A stretch of 64,000 bases of DNA from contig CM000436.1 in the NCBI GenBank assembly GCA_000165345.1, forward strand, positions 128,001-192,000, read 5' to 3'. The stretch's first letter is position 1. The number at the start of each line of letters is the position of its first letter. The notes beneath the pieces were generated by a model. The model made no database searches. It was not told the origin of the DNA and worked only from the letters and a program-made list of their open reading frames with translations. Both the position numbers and the translations under genes were made by a program. This document shows, piece after piece, positions 63,003-64,000 of this stretch.

Positions 63003-63235
63003 AAACTTGAGCGCCATATTTCTAGATATATTACATGTTAATTAAATCTTTAAATTACCCCACAAATAAGAAATTAAATTTCAAGGAACTTCCCGCCACT
63101 TTGACATATTTAATTAATTTATAAAATACTTTTAAGTCAATAAGTGATTTTAGATTGATTGATACTGCATGTTTTTTGTTTTTTTTTTCTGTTTTAAAAT
63201 AATAATAATAATAATAATAGTTATTATTATTATTG
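63003..63235. promoter_or_regulatory. second copy of the conserved intergenic module, upstream of member C and immediately 3' of member D; GC-boxes cttgagcgccatatttc and cttcccgccactttg
   Basis: See the 43953–44188 feature. A second, shorter conserved block (aaaccccatataaatataaag...aaattttgat.gatatt) lies at 62729–62795, matching 43700–43765. Confidence 0.45.
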
Positions 63236-63360
63236 TTAATGTTATAAATGTTAGTTTTGTGTTGTTATATATTTTCTATTATCTCATTTCTCATTTTCAA
63301 CTTTATTTCTTATTTTTCTTCATTTCCCATTTCTCTTTGTTTTCCTATTTCAGCTCAAAT

Positions 63361-64000
63361 TTAATTTTCTTCTAGAAAACCAAGTAACATTTGAATCAAA
63401 AGTTCTTTATCAAATCCTGAAGATTCGATCAATTGTTTTAAAGTGAGTGGTTCTTCAATTAATGACAAATATAATGAATACAAATTTTGAACTTCTGGAT
63501 CTTTTAAAAAGGACGAGTAATCGTTATTTTCTTGATTTGATTGAGAACTAATATTACTTATTGGCTTTGACTGAATTATTGGTAAATTAGGTTCTTCAGT
63601 TCCCTCTGTATAAATATCAGACAATAATACAATAGACGGACTATTAAAGCCACTGGACTCACCATATGCAGGGGCAGGGGTAGGAGTAGGGGTATAGACA
63701 GCTCCAACACCAGCACCAACACCAGTACCAGCATCAGCACCAGTACCAGCATCAGCACCAGTACCAACACCAGAACCAGTACCAACACCAGAACCAGTAC
63801 CAACACCAGCACCAGAAGCTCCAAGAGAAAATACTTGAGAAATTCTTGAATTGAACTGGCTGATTTGAAGATCGCTAATGACTAAGGAACTAAATAAATT
63901 TTCTAAAACATCCAATATATCAATTGTAATGTGTGAATTTAGTTGAAAATAATTTAAAAATTCTTCACAAATGGCTGTTAATTGTTCATTTCTAGTTATT
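63361..64000 (-). CDS. family member D (partial; continues beyond the window end). It has a Gly/Thr/Ala/Val-rich repeat and one ESSGFDK helical motif, then stops.
   Basis: The minus-strand frame is open from the window edge (ITRNEQLTAICEEFLNYFQ..) to TAA at 63361–63363. It encodes (GAGVGTGSGVGTG..GADAGTGADAGTG) repeats and DPEVQNLYSLYLSLIEEPLTLKQLIESSGFDKELLIQMLLGFLEEN. That segment matches the LSLEELIKASGYDKAALLSML motif of members A and B. No family-like coding follows the stop. Confidence 0.4.
   Translation of the reverse strand, partial: ITRNEQLTAICEEFLNYFQLNSHITIDILDVLENLFSSLVISDLQISQFNSRISQVFSLGASGAGVGTGSGVGTGSGVGTGADAGTGADAGTGVGAGVGAVYTPTPTPAPAYGESSGFNSPSIVLLSDIYTEGTEEPNLPIIQSKPISNISSQSNQENNDYSSFLKDPEVQNLYSLYLSLIEEPLTLKQLIESSGFDKELLIQMLLGFLEEN

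Noticed and set aside
37295-64000. The tandem array as a transposable element or prokaryote-style repeat system (CRISPR-like)
   Set aside because: No transposase, reverse transcriptase or terminal inverted repeats are present. The repeats are in-frame coding minisatellites within protein-coding genes of a eukaryote, and the duplication unit is a whole gene plus flanks.

Overview
The window is 64 kb of draft-quality eukaryotic nuclear DNA. Overall A+T is about 70–75%; coding is somewhat more GC-rich than intergenic. It contains exactly 10,000 N at 49984–59983, and many isolated n base calls (16549–16566 and 48748–49980). Genes are large and mostly intronless. Three small genes each have one short GT-AG intron. 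Coding regions carry Asn, Ser and Gly low-complexity tracts. Intergenic regions contain GC-box motifs of the TTTGGCGCC/CCCGCCAAA type and TGCATGCA elements. My inference is an AT-rich protist, most consistent with an apicomplexan of the Cryptosporidium type; a thrombospondin type-1 repeat secreted protein is present. That assignment cannot be proven from sequence alone.

Layout:
- Bases 1–36.4 kb hold compact housekeeping genes:
  - the 3' end of a membrane protein;
  - a TSP1-repeat secreted protein;
  - a hypothetical protein of about 2350 aa;
  - phosphatidylinositol synthase (2 exons);
  - proteasome RPN2;
  - a UEV/MMS2 E2-variant (2 exons);
  - a head-to-head pair of alpha/beta-hydrolase paralogs;
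  - RFC1;
  - a small hypothetical secretory protein;
  - a PSMD5/Hsm3-like protein;
  - a Ctf4/AND-1-like protein;
  - ribosomal protein L23a (2 exons).
- Bases 37.3–64 kb, and beyond the window, hold a head-to-tail tandem array on the minus strand. It has at least four paralogs of a giant modular secreted protein family, none of which I recognise. The modules are:
  - a signal peptide;
  - a basic Cys-containing coiled-coil N-domain;
  - a large helical domain;
  - Gly-rich and Pro-rich minisatellite-encoded repeats;
  - tandem helical motifs of about 50 aa;
  - a conserved C-terminal 4-Cys domain.
- One copy carries a single in-frame TAA where its paralog has CAA.
- Two copies share intergenic modules that are more conserved than their coding sequence.
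- The array is broken by the 10-kb placeholder gap.

I found no rRNA, tRNA, transposon or prokaryote-type features.
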